In this document: in pieces, positions 1 through 18,709 of the stretch | Position numbering within the stretch: position 1 is the first letter of the stretch | Layout of the letters: each line of letters opens with the position of its first letter | Source of the DNA: the human T2T-CHM13v2.0 reference genome, Homo sapiens | NCBI RefSeq assembly: GCF_009914755.1 | Contig: NC_060928.1 | Reading direction: 5' to 3' (one strand) | Length of the DNA stretch: 64,000 nucleotides | The notes under the pieces: generated by a model | What the model was told of the DNA's origin: nothing | What the model saw: only the letters and a program-made list of their open reading frames with translations | The model's database searches: none | Program-made: the position numbers and the translations under genes

Positions 1-348
<348 letters not shown>

Positions 349-1519
349 TAATTAGACACTTTATTCTTACAATGCATAGTATAGAAAATCTGAAGATAAA
401 CTTTCTCTTTTCAGTCTTTTAAAATGATAAACTCCAAGGCATTTCCATAATCTGTATTGTGTTTGGTTTGGTTCAGTCAATAAATATTTGACCCTAGACA
501 CTAGGAATACTGCAACAATAAGACAACATTTTCTCATAAAGTTCATATTCTAGTGTGGGAGATAGATAACAATAAATAAGGTGATTTCAGATATTTATCA
601 ATGACCAGTGAATGAAGTAAAGCAGGGCAATTGTATAAAGAGTAATATGGGATGCAGTGTAGTAACAGTATTATATATGAGAACATGATATAATGAGAAG
701 GAGCCACCTGCATGAAGACTTGGAATAAGATCAGCCACAGAGAAGGAAAAGTAAATGAAAAGCCCAATGTAAGCGTCAGGAGGGGAGAGTAGTACAAGAT
801 GAGGTCAGAAAGATAGGCAAGGGCTGGCTGCAGTGGCTCACACATGTAATCCCAGCACTTTGGGAGGCCAAGGTGGGTGGATCACTTGGTGTCAGTAGTT
901 CGAGACCAGCCTGACCAACATGGTAAAACCCTGTGTCTACTAAAAATACAAAAATTAGCCAGGCATGGTGGTATGCACCTGTAGTCCCAACTACTGGGGA
1001 GGCCGAGGCAGGAGAATCGCTTGAACCTAGGAGGCGGACGTTGCAGTGAGCGGATACCATGCTGCTGCATCCAGCCTAGACGACAGAGCAAGACTCCATC
1101 CCAAAAAAAAAAAAAAAAAAAAAAGACAAGGACCAGATGGTGAAAAGCCATCATGCTTTCAATGTGAATGATCTGAAAGTGCAATGGGAAGTGTCTAGAG
1201 GACTTTAAGCAGATGAGTGGCCTGATTTATATTTTTTAAAACCTACTTTGGCTACTTTGGTTTACTGGGACAAGAGTAGCAGCAGAGAAAACAAATAGGA
1301 AGCTATTGAAATGATGCAGGAAAGAGTAGTGACTTTAGTTTAACTAGGTAGTAGTGGAAATGGAGAGAAGTTTTCCTGAGTTCAAGATATAGTTAAGTTT
1401 AAATAATAGGACTTGTGTATGAATTGGATGGTGTGGGAGGGAAATCAAAAGTTCTGGGCCGGGCGCAGTGGCTCACGCCTGTAATCCCAGCACTTTGGGA
1501 GTCTGAGGCGGGCAGATCA

Positions 1520-1672
<153 letters not shown>

Positions 1673-2003
1673 TTACAGTGAGCCGAGATTGCGCCACTGC
1701 ACTCCAGCCCGGGCGACAGAGCGAGACTCCGTCTCAAAAAAAAAAAAAAAGTTCTGACTTGGATGTGTCAAATTTGTAATTTCTGTTAAACCTGCAAGTG
1801 GAGAAATCAAGTAGGCAGTTGGAAAGTGCTGGAGATGTAGATTTGGAAGTCCCATGTTCTATGTGGTCATAGCATGAAAGAGGTATAGATGAAAGTAGGA
1901 TGGGGTGGAGGCAAACCGGTATACTATGAAGAATGAAACTTGATAGTTTATAATGAACTTTGTGAAACCTTGTGAAAAATTAAAGGCCAAGCTAAGTAGT
2001 TGA

Positions 2004-2360
<357 letters not shown>

Positions 2361-3008
2361 TAGGTATGTAATTTTTACCTTATCCATAAATTGGTTAAAA
2401 AGCAAGAAGAGTTTATTTAGGTCTAGTGAGAGGCAGCCTGGGTTTAATAGAAAGACTGACTTTGGAGTCATACAGGCATAGGTTGGAATTGTAACATTTG
2501 TTTACTGATTACCTCATTCATAAAATGGGAATACTATGTAATTTCTTCCATGTAGAAGTGTTGTGAGAATTATAATGTTTATAAAATATTCTATCACATA
2601 CTGTATACTCAAGTCAAGAAATATAATAATGGCCCTATGTATTTGATTTTTCTCTAATAATTCATCATAAGAAATGGCTTACTGACTGGGTGCAGTGGCT
2701 TATACCTGTAATCCCAGCACTTTGGAAGGCTGAGATGGACAGATTGCATGAGTCCAGGAGTTCAAGACCAGCCTGTGCAACATGGCAAAACCCTGTCTCT
2801 ACAAAATATACCCCCCGCCCCTAAAAAAAAAAATGGCCAGGTGCAGTGGCTCACGCCTGTAATCCCAGCACTTGGGAGGCCGAGGCAGGTGGATCACCTG
2901 AGGTGAGGAGTTCGAGACCAGCCTGGCCAACAGTGTAAAACCCTGTCTCTACTAAAAATACAGAAATTAGCTGGGCATGGTGGTGGGCACCTGTAATCCA
3001 ACTACTCA

Positions 3009-3173
<165 letters not shown>

Positions 3174-4529
3174 TCAGGAGGCTGAGGTGGGAGAATCACC
3201 TGAGCCTGGCAAGTCGAGGCTGTTGTGAGCCATGATCAAGCCACTTCACTCCAGCCTGGGCAATGAGAGTGAGACTCTGTCTCAAAAAAAAGAAAAAAGA
3301 AATGGTTTGCAATTTAAATCACAGATACTTCTCTGTCGCTCTCTCTTTTTAAAAAGCCATCTTAAGTCTGTTTTCATCAAAAGTGCTGAAACAATTTGAG
3401 ACCGAGTCTACTATTATAAATAACTACTGTCCCAGAATTTCATATCAGTAACTTCTACTAAAAGAGCAATCTGGGGGACCTGAGAATTCAAGGCTCCCAT
3501 ACAAGGCTAAAAGAAAAAGTTGGGGAAATTGTGTAATCATAAATAGAAAAATGACTTGAGGATAGGAAACAAAGATAAGAATAATTTTTTTTTTTCTGAT
3601 GAAGCATGACTATGATCTGTTTGGACGAAGGATAGCATAGTTTCCATAAAAAGAAACCCTCCCTTCTGGACTTAGAGCTCTGAGAGGACTTGGTAGGACA
3701 GTGGAAGTAAGCTCTTTGGGAGCCAAGATTTTGTTTTTCACACTTGGCATTCCTTCTGGCACCTGGTTCTTTGCACATATTATGTGTAGGCATATGATAA
3801 ATAATCATTGGTAAAATGAATTTTTGTATACTTTGGCAAGGTTTCATTCAATAACCAGTTACATGTGTCTTAATACAAGTTACATTTTGAAAAGTAGATT
3901 CTAATTTGGTCATTTTAGTAATAATATATATTTATTTTGATCACTATATACGGATGGTTCTAGGACCCAAAAAGATATATTTAAATACTTTTTTTTTTTT
4001 TTTTTTTTGAGATGGAGCCTCACTCTGTCACCCAGGCTGGAGTGCAGTGGCGCAATCTCTGGCTCACTGCAACCTCCACCTCCCGGGCTCAAGTGATTCT
4101 CCTGCCTCAGCCTCCTGAGTAGCTGAGATTACAGGCGCGTGCCACCACGCCCAGCTAATTTTTGTATTTTTAGTAGAGACAGGGTTTTATCCTATTGGTC
4201 AGGCTGGTCTCTAACTCCTGACCTCATGATCTGCCCACCTTGGCCTCCCAAAGTATTGGGATTACAGGCGTGAGCCACTGTGCCCAGCTTAAATACTTTT
4301 TATAAGGAAATATACTTCTGTGTAAAATTAGCTTCTAAAAATGAAATTCCAGTTGGTCTTTATTTAAAACATGTATATTTATAAAAATGTATTTGTTTTA
4401 TATTTTATTATATTCATAAATTATGTATTTTGTGAAAATAAGCAACATATTTGAGATTTCAGTAATACATGAGCCTAGTGTTTGGTTAAATTCTTTATTT
4501 ATATTGCCTTTTTTAAAAGTTATGCTTTA

Positions 4530-4703
<174 letters not shown>

Positions 4704-4949
4704 TCAGGAGACTGAGACAGGAGAATCGCTTGAACCCTGGAGGTGGAGGCAGCAGTGAGCCAAGATCATGCCACTGCAACTCTAGCCTGGGCAACAGAGC
4801 AAGACTCCGTCTCAAAGAAAAATAAAAAGTTATGCTTTAAATTCTGTTATAATAATTTCAGTAAAGATTATGTGCTATAGAACAGGAACACTTTTTTTTG
4901 TTAAGTTTTAGGTGATTTGATATGTAATCCAATGTTAGCAGCTGTGTAA

Positions 4950-5255
<306 letters not shown>

Positions 5256-5370
5256 TAATTCCAATTTATTACATTGTTTTACTTAACTATCTGGTCCTTT
5301 AGAAGAGATGCATGAAGTCTGGCAGCCTGTTGTAAATTTGCATATATTAGCATGTAAATACATAAAATAA

Positions 5371-5565
<195 letters not shown>

Positions 5566-8074
5566 TAATTATGTTTATGTTTGTAAGATCTAGAGAACCT
5601 GGTTATTTTAAAAATTCACTTTAGGTATAGAATTAGTTTTAGTAAAAGTAGGAAGCAGAAACAGATTCCAAACTCTTACTCCAATTATGAAGTAATGATG
5701 TTAATTTTTTGTACGATTTATTGATTGTACTACTCCACAGTTGTATCTCAGATATTAGATTTAACAGAAATTAATTATAAAATTTAACTTTTCAAGTCTC
5801 AAGTATAAATGCCCAATTTTGCTGTTACATTGGTGAAGATAGCTGAATTGGAAAATACTTTCCATTTATCTGTCTCCCTAGTACCACTAACCTATTTTAC
5901 TTTTTGTCTGCCTTTTAGAGTGTACTAAAATGGATTCCTAATTGCTTTCTCTGTCTCTAGTCTTTTCTCTTATTAATCTTTGTCTTAACCATTTCTCCTC
6001 CACACCCTAACTACAGTGATCTTTCTAAATCTAGTCTTTGTTCTGTCTTGTTCAAAACCTGCCAAAAGCTTGCGTGCACACTGGGCTCCAGCTGTGTCAC
6101 GTGCTAGCATCTCTCTAGTGCTCCCTTATTCTCTTTCACCTAGGAGTAACAGCTTACCCTTCTGTTTCAGCTGTGACACCCAGCCTTACCTCCAGACTAT
6201 ACTTCAAACTCTGATTAGTAACTTTTTACTGTACTTTACTGACTTGTTTAGCAGTCTGTTTTCTCCATGAAGCATTTGAGATATTGAGGGCCAGGAATAT
6301 GCTCTGGTTTATTACTTGGCACATATTAGTCACTCAGTACATTTTTAAAAAATTATTAGTATTTTGTTTGTGTGTGGGCTCAAGTGATCCACACAGTTTG
6401 GCCTCCCAAAGTGCTGGGATTATAGGTGTGGGCCACTGCACCTGGCCTAAAAAATAATAATACCCCAACCTAGGCAACATAGTAGTAAGACCCACCCTGT
6501 CTCTACAAAAAAAATTGTTTAAAAAATTAGCCAGGCATGGTGGCACATCTCTGTAGTTGTGGCTACATGGGAGGTTGAGGTGGGAGGATCACTTGAGCCC
6601 CAGAATTTGAGACTGCAGTGAGCTGTGATCATACCACTGCACTCCTGATTAGGTGACCCAGACAGAAGCGAGATTCTATCTCAAAGTAATAATTATTATT
6701 ATATGAAGTTTCTGTATGCCTCTTGAATTAGAAAATTAAGCTCAAAAACTTACTCAAATTCAAAACTATGCTGGGCACGGTGGTTCACACCTGTAATCCC
6801 AGCACTTTGGGAGGCCGAGGCGGGCAGATCACCTGAGGTCAGGAGTTCAAGACCAGCCTGACCAACATGGTGAAACCCCGTCTCTACTAAAAATACAAAA
6901 ACTAGCCGGGTGTGGTGGCACGTGCCTGTAATCCTAGCTACTCAGGAGGCTGAGGCAGGAGAATCGCCTGAACCCAGGAAGCGGAGGTTGCAGTGAGCTG
7001 AGATCGCACCACTGCACTCTAGCGTGAGCAACAGAGTGAGACTACATCTCAAAAAAAAAAAAAAAAAAAATTCAAAACAACTACCTGACAGTGAAACAAA
7101 AGATGGAAAAGGATTTATTTTCCTACCTAGTAGTGTTTCCATTGTTATCACCTAGGTCAGGTCCTTATAACTTTCACCTGGATTACTGCCTATTAACTGG
7201 TCTCCTACCTCAGTTCTCCCCTTCTCTATTCAATCCTGTAAACTACTATCATGTTACCTTCTTTGAATCACTTCTTTGACAATACTACTCCTTTGCTCAG
7301 ACCTCTTTATTAATTCCCGATTATCTATAGAACAAAGGACCTCTAATCTGATCTTGATCAATCTTTCTAGCCCTACTTACCTCCCTCACTCCATTGGCCA
7401 TGTGTGCCTATTGACCATCCCAACTGAAGTATATTGGCTGTTTCCCTATGAGACCCTGTGCATTCTCACAGTCTTGCCTTTGATCATACTGATTCTTTCT
7501 CTGGAAGACAAGACCCTATCTTTCATTCCTCTAGAAGACTCATCCATTTCATGAAGCCTGCCTTTCCCTTCTGATTCCTCCAGCCCAGAAGGGAAAGTAA
7601 CTTTTTGAAAAGATAAAGTTTTCCCTTCTCCAAAAGGGAGAGTGATTTTACCTTCTCTAATCACACACATTACATTATTTTAGATCTATTATATAATCTG
7701 CTTTGTAGTTCACCAAATTCTTGGCATACTCAGTCAACCTCAATGGTCTGATGTTTTATAGTTGTGATTTTGCTCTATCTGGCAAGTCACTTAAGTAATG
7801 AGTGTGTTTACCCTGCTGCCCAGCATCTACATCTCAGCATCTTTGCTCCATATTTACACAGTAGAAAGTAGCTCTCAGCGAATGGTCTTGAGGTTAAAGT
7901 TTTGTATTACATTTTATTGCTATCTAAGGGGGAAATTAAATGTTGAATTTATGATTTGGGGAATTTAATGAGGTGGCTAGACATTCTCACGAATGTTTGC
8001 AGACTTTGTGTTTATCTGACCAACTATTTACTGCACGGAATGCTTATTAATATTAAATATTTTTATTTTAATGA

Positions 8075-8212
<138 letters not shown>

Positions 8213-8256
8213 TAATTGTAATTAATATTAGGTAGCTATATATAATTAGAGGTAAT

Positions 8257-9374
<1,118 letters not shown>

Positions 9375-10014
9375 TAGCTGTACATACTATTTTTTACTTT
9401 AAAAGATTTTTCATTTTTGTCTGGGCATGGTGGGTCACACCTGTAACCCCAGCACCTTGGGATGCTGAAGTGGGTTGATCACTTGAGGTCAGGAGTTTGA
9501 GACTAGCCTGGCCAACCCCATCACTACTAAAAATACAAAAATTAGCCACGTGTGGTGGTAGGTGCCTGTAATCCCAGCTATTCAGGAGGCTGAGGCAGGA
9601 GAATCTCTTGAACTTAGGAGGCAGAGGTTGCAGTGAACCAAGATTGTGCCACTGCACTGCAGCCTGGGCGACAGAGTGAGACTCTGTCTTAAAAATAAAT
9701 AAATAAAAATTCTTTTAAAATAAAACACAGATACAGAGAATCATGCAAAGCAAATATGTGGTTTACTACATTTATTAAAAGGCAAACACACTGTAACTAG
9801 TACCTAGGTCAAAAATAAAACTTGACCACCCAACCCAGAAACCCCTTCAAATGTGTCCTAATCACAAGGCCTTCCTCCCTGCATTATTAGTAATCGTTAT
9901 CCTTATGTTTATAGTAATTACTCCTTCTGCCTTTAAAATAATTTTATTATCCAAATGTGTATCTGTAGACCCTATAGTTCTTTTATTTGAAGTACCTTTA
10001 ATAAGTTGCCTTCC

Positions 10015-10305
10015 GATAGAAAACCAAACACCGCATGTTCTCACTCATAGGTGGGAATTGAACAATGAGAACACTTGGACACAGGGCGGGGAACATCACA
10101 CACCGGGGCCTGTTGAGGGGTGGCGGGCTAGGGGAAGGATAGCATTAGGAGATATACCTAATATAAATGGCAAGTTGATAGGTGCAGCAAGCCAACATGG
10201 CACATGTATACCTATGTATCAAACCTGCACGTTGTGCACATGTACCCTGGAACTTAAAGTGTAATAATAAAAAATCAATCAATCAATCTGTAAAAAAGAA
10301 AAAAG
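10015..10305 (+). mobile_element. 5'-truncated L1PA 3' end
   Basis: Canonical L1 3' UTR (catgttctcactcataggtgggaattgaacaatgagaac...), A-tail, TSD ataa(g/c)ttgccttcc. Confidence 0.92.
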
Positions 10306-11439
10306 ATAACTTGCCTTCCATCCCTTTATTTTCCTTATAATTTATTTCATGAAGAATTTAGGTTATTTGACCTGTAGGGTTTCTCACAATCTAGATTTTT
10401 CTGATTGCATTCTCATGGTACAGTTCAGCATATTGCTCTACGTTGCCTGAAAATTGGCAGTTGGATCTAAAGGCTTGATTAAACTCATTGTTTTGATTTC
10501 TTTCACAAGGCTATATAGGAAACACATAATATCTGATTATCTCTTTTTTTATGATATAAGCCTCTACTGATGCTTAATGACTATATCAATTCATTGAAGG
10601 TTGCTGATATTCTATTATTTCTTTTTCATGTATTTGAATACTTTTATAGGGAGACACTTACCTCATATATTATTTAGTTACATGGTAGTTCAGTTTGTAT
10701 AAGAAAGGCAGTTATGGTAAATGCTTGATTTTTTTTCTGTAATTTACCAGTTTTCAAGATGATGAATTGGTTTCCTACTGCTCTTCAAAAGTGACCGATC
10801 CTTTTCTTTTTTTTTTTTTTTTCTCTGTCTTGCTGTGTCGCCCAGGCTGGAGTGCAGTGGCACGATCTTAGCTCTCAGCTCACTGCAACCTCCGCATCCC
10901 AGATTCAAGCAATTCTCCTGCCTCAGCCTCCTGAGCAGCTGGGACTACAGGCACGCGCCACTATGCTTAGCTAATTTTTGTATTTTTAGTAGAGATGGGG
11001 TTTCACCATATTGGTCAGGCTGGTCTCAAACTCCTGACCTCCTGATACACCTGCCTCGGCCTCCCAGAGTGCTGGGATTACAGGCATGAGCCACCGCGCC
11101 CAGCAATCCTTTTCATGAATTTAAATTTTTTACTGTTTGAAAGATACTGAGACTCTTAAGAAACTTCAAAAAAAAGAAATCTTTCTACTATGAATGAGAA
11201 CTTTTTATTTATAATTAAATCACTGTAAACTTTACTCTTGTAAAGTAGGTCTATCTCACGTAACTTCAAAAGGTAGTTGATTGCTTGCCTAAGAACTTTA
11301 TTACAAAATAGCTTTATCGGGACCAGGCGTGGTGGCACATGCCTGTAATCACAGCAATTTGGAAGACTGAGGTAAGAGGATCACTTGAAGCCAGGAGTTT
11401 GAGACCAGCCTGGGAAATAAAGTGAGACTCTTGTCTCTA

Positions 11440-11473
<34 letters not shown>

Positions 11474-11769
11474 GGGCATGGTGGTGCATGCCTGTAGTCC
11501 TAGCTACTCAGGAGGCTGAGGTGGGCAGATCACTTGATCCCAGGAGTTCAAGGCTGTAGCAGTGAGCTATGATTGTGTCATTGCACTCCAGCCCAGGTGA
11601 CAGAGCAAGACCATTTCTCTTAAAAAAAAAAAAAAGGCTGGGCGCAATGGCTCACCCTGTAATCCCAGCACTTTGGGAGGCCGAGGAGGGCAGATCACGA
11701 GGTCAGGAGATCGAGACCATATTGGCCAATACGGTGAAACCCCATCTCTACTAAAAATACAAAAAATTA

Positions 11770-11949
<180 letters not shown>

Positions 11950-12064
11950 TTAGTTCCTATACATATAATCAGAAGAATACCTGTATTTGAAAGTTTATGA
12001 GAAACTTACATGTATGTTTTAAAGGAAGTTTATAAATTTTGGTCATCTGAAATTGCAATGTAGT

Positions 12065-12467
12065 TGTCTTAGTCAATTTTGTGTTGCTGTAACAGAATAT
12101 CTGAGACTGGGAAATTTATAAGACCAGAGATATATGTGGCTCACAGTTCTGGAGGCTAGAAAGTCCAAGGTTGAGGGGCCCACATCTGGTGAGTGCCTTC
12201 TTGCTGCATTATTTCATGGCAGAAGGCATAAGGGCAAGAGAGAATGTGTGTGTGTGCAAAAGAGATAGAGGGAGGGAAGAGGCTGAACTCATTCTTTTAT
12301 CAGGAATCCATTCCCGGTAACTAACCCACTCCCACAGTAAGGGCATTAGTCCATTTATGAGAGCAGAACCTTCATGGCCTAATTAAAGGTCCCACCTTTC
12401 AACACTATTACATTGGGGATTAAGTTTCCAACACATGAACTTTGGGGGACATATTTAAACCATAGCG
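12065..12467 (-). mobile_element. ERVL-MaLR solo LTR (MST/MLT1A-like)
   Basis: tgtcttagtc...aaaccatagc termini, 5-bp TSD GTAGT. Confidence 0.8.
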
Positions 12468-13930
12468 GTAGTCTTATTTGGCACTTCTCATCTCACTTAG
12501 AACCAGTTCACAATAACGAATATTCAATAAATGTTAAGATGTTTTCCCTACTCTTTGTATTTTCCCAGTCAAAAAAAAAGTTCAATTTATTGATGTCCCA
12601 CTCTGAGTAATTCGGGGACCCTTTGATCTTTACATTTCCATATGTTACTAAACTTCCTTCCTCTTATAGTGATTTGTTGTGGTAACCAGGTTGTTCGGTA
12701 TTTTTGTTTTCCTTGCCTTCAACCAATTTTAATTTTTTTTTTTTTTGAGATGGAGTTTCACTCTTTTGCCCAGGTTGGAGTGCAGAGGCACAATCTTGGC
12801 TCGCCGCAGCCTCCGCCTCCTGAGTTCAAGCGATTCTCCTGCCTCAGCCTCCCGAGTAGCTGGGATTACAGGCATGTGCCACCACGCCCGGCTAATTTCG
12901 TATTTTTAGTATAGACGGGGTTTCTCCATGTTGGTCGGGCTGGTCTCGAACTCCTGGCCTGAGGTGATCCTCCCACCTCGGCCTTCCAAAGTGCTGGTAT
13001 TACAGGCGTGAGCCACTGCGCCCGGCCAACCAATTTTAATTCTTTAACTTAAAAAAAAAATGTATGGTCATATAATTCAAGCATCAAAAAGTATAAATAG
13101 ATACATATAGTGAAAAGATTCCTACCCCATCTGTGCTTAGGTCCAATCCCCATCAACAAATAACAACCTATATTGTTTAGTGTTTCAGGGAATTTTTGGT
13201 CCATGTGCAAACCAATAAAAATATGAACTTTTTTTATCTTTTTCTTTTTATTTTGTTGAGGTAGGGTCTGGCTCTGTCACCTTCTACCTCAGCCTCCTGA
13301 GTAGCTGGGATTATAGGTATGCACCACCACACCTGGCTAATTTTTGTATTTTTTGTAGAGATGGGATTTCACAATGTTGCCCAGGCTTGTTTCAAACTCC
13401 TGGGCTAAAGCAATCTGCCTGCCTCAGCCTCCCAGAGTGCTGGGATTACAGGTATGAGCCACTGTGCCCAGCCTCACTTCCCTTTTTTATGGACTATACA
13501 AAGTGTTTCCTTATTATTTTTTACTGCTATATAATAGTCTATTATGTGAATGGATGTACCATAATTAATCAGTACCCTGTTGATAGATGTTTATGTTGTT
13601 TCTCATCTTTTGCTATTAATAAACAGTGCTGCAGTGAGTAACTTTGTACATTCATGTTATATAAGTGTAAATTCCTAGAAATATGATTGCTGAGTCAAGG
13701 GTATAATAATGTAGTTAGATTTTGTCTAATTCTGGTTATGTCAGTTTACACCACCAGCAGGAATGTGTCTTTCTTCATAAGTTCTCAAATTCAGTGTGTT
13801 ATCAAACTTTAGTTTTTATTTTTTGTCAACTGGCACTGGAAAATGGCGTAGTTTTAATTAACTTAAGCATGAGGGAAGTTGAGCAAGTTTTTATAAGTTT
13901 AAGAGCAGTTTGGCTGGGCACGACGGCTCA

Positions 13931-14161
<231 letters not shown>

Positions 14162-14164
14162 TTA

Positions 14165-14593
<429 letters not shown>

Positions 14594-14733
14594 TCAATTC
14601 TAGCTCTTAATAAATTAAAGTGATTTGCCATTTGTAATATGAGTTGCAAATATATTTTCCCAGGCTGTCATTTTTTCTTTTGACTTTGGTTTTAGCATAT
14701 AACAAAGTTTATTTTTACTTAAATTCTATTGTA

Positions 14734-15720
<987 letters not shown>

Positions 15721-16004
15721 TGAGCCACCGCGCCTGGCCAGTAATTTTAAATTCTGGTTAGTTCAACCAGAGAAAGGGATTTGGAGAAGCTGGTATCCTC
15801 CTGTGCTTGAATTTACATTACTCAGTTGTAAGACTTTTGGAAGTTCAAAGGTTAAGGCAGATCATGGATTTTAAAACTTTGGCTATAAAAAAAAATGATG
15901 CAGGCTAAATGATACCCTTTACTGTTTAGTAGGAAACAGCAATAAAGTGTAAGTCATTTATCTTAGTCGTGAGTTAAATTTTAATACATCTTTGTTTTTT
16001 AAAA

Positions 16005-16430
16005 AAGTCATGGTAAATATATACAACATAAAATTTACTATCATAACCATTTTTAAGTGCATAGTTCAGTGGCATTAAGTATATACATGTTGTGCAACCA
16101 TCACCACCATCTATCTCCAAAACATTTTTATCTTCTCAAACTGAAACTTACCCATTGAACAAAACTATTCATTCCTCCCTTCTCCCAGTCTCTGGCAACT
16201 GCCATTCTCTTTCCATCGCTATGAATTTTACTACTATAGGGACCTCATACAAGTGGAATCATACAATATTTGTCCTTTTGTGTCTGGCTTATTCACTTAA
16301 GATAATGTCTTCAGTGTTCATCCATGTTGTGGCATGTGTCAGAATTTCATTCCTTTTAAGACTGCATAATGTTTAATTGTTTGAATATACTACATTTTAT
16401 TTATCCATTTATTCATTGATGGACATTTGT
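16005..16430 (-). mobile_element. L1M (L1MB-like) 3' UTR fragment
   Basis: acataaaatttac...gtgcaaccatcaccac...aagtggaatcatacaatatttgtcctttt...tttatccattt. Confidence 0.75.
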
Positions 16431-16480
16431 CTTTTCTCTTTTTTTTTTGACAAAGCTGTTAATACCCTATTTTATATTAA

Positions 16481-16930
<450 letters not shown>

Positions 16931-17090
16931 TAAGTATTTGTGAAATATTTTAAAAGATGCTCTATAAGATAATTTTATATTTTCAAGGGTATATTTTTTT
17001 GTTGGCTCCAGAATATGTTTGCAAAGATAAGTTGGTTACTTAAATGTATCATATTCTATCTATGAAAATTTAAGATTATCTTATTCATTA

Positions 17091-17183
<93 letters not shown>

Positions 17184-17754
17184 TCAAGACCAGCCTGGGT
17201 AACATGGTAAAACCCTGTCTCTACCAAAAAAAAAAATACAAAAAAGTAGTCATGTGTGGTGTTGCAAGCCTGTAGTTCCAGCTACTTGGGAGGCTGAAGT
17301 GGAAGGATCGCTTCAGCCCAAGGAGTTGGAGGTTGCAGTGAGCCAAGATCACACCACTGCACTCCATCCTGGGTGACAGCAAGACTCTCACACACACACA
17401 CAAACACACATACACACACTCTCACACACTCTGGAGCTGGACACAGTGGCTCACGCCTATAATCCTAGCACTTTGGGAGGCTGCGGTGGGAGGACCGCTT
17501 GAGCCCAGGAGTTTGACACCAGCCCGGGCAACATAGTGAGACCCTGTCCTTATCAAAAATGTAAAAATTAGCTGGGTGGCCGGGCCCAGTGGATCACGCC
17601 TGTAATCCCAGTGCTTTGGGAGGCCAAGGCGGGTGGATCACTTGAGGTCAGGAGTTTGAGACCATCCTGGCCAACATGGTGAAACCTCATCTCTACCAAA
17701 AATATAAAAAATTAGTTGGGCGTAATGGTGTGTGCCTGTAATCCCAGCTACTCA

Positions 17755-17874
<120 letters not shown>

Positions 17875-18508
17875 TTAGCTGGGTGTGGTGGCATATGCTT
17901 ATAGTCCCATCTACTCAGAGGCTGAGGCAGGAGGATCCCTTGAGCCCAGGAATTCAAGGTGGCACTGAGCTATGATTGCACCACTGCACCCTAGCCTCGG
18001 TGACAAAGTGAAACTCTTATCTCCCAAAAGAAAAACACTGGATTGCTGAGTGTGGTGGCATTCACCTGTAGTCCCAGCTACTCAGGAAGTTAAGGAGGGA
18101 GGATCACTTGAGCCCAGGAGTTCAAGGCTGTAGTGCACTATGATCTTGCCAATGAATAGCCACTGCATTTCAGCCTGGGCAATACAGTGAGATCCCATCT
18201 TTAAAATAAATGATTGAGGCGATGCATACCTTACGTACTCTGATGTGATTATTATGCATTGCATGCCCGTATCAAAATATCTCATGTAACCCATAAATAT
18301 ATACACCTACTGTGTACCCACACCCACACAAAAGAAATAAATTAGTTAATTTTTAAAAACCACAGTATTTTGTATCATTTTTAGAATATTTATCTCGTAC
18401 TGGAGATGAGTAAGGTAGCATATTATAGTTGATTTTTAATTTAATCAAAAATGTTTAGTTTGACGAATGTTTTATTTACTGCATTGTGTGGGTTTTTTTA
18501 TTTTCTAA

Positions 18509-18709
<201 letters not shown>

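Noticed and set aside
9851-10264. 137-aa ORF with a hydrophobic N-terminus
   Set aside because: Chance read-through into an L1PA 3' UTR.
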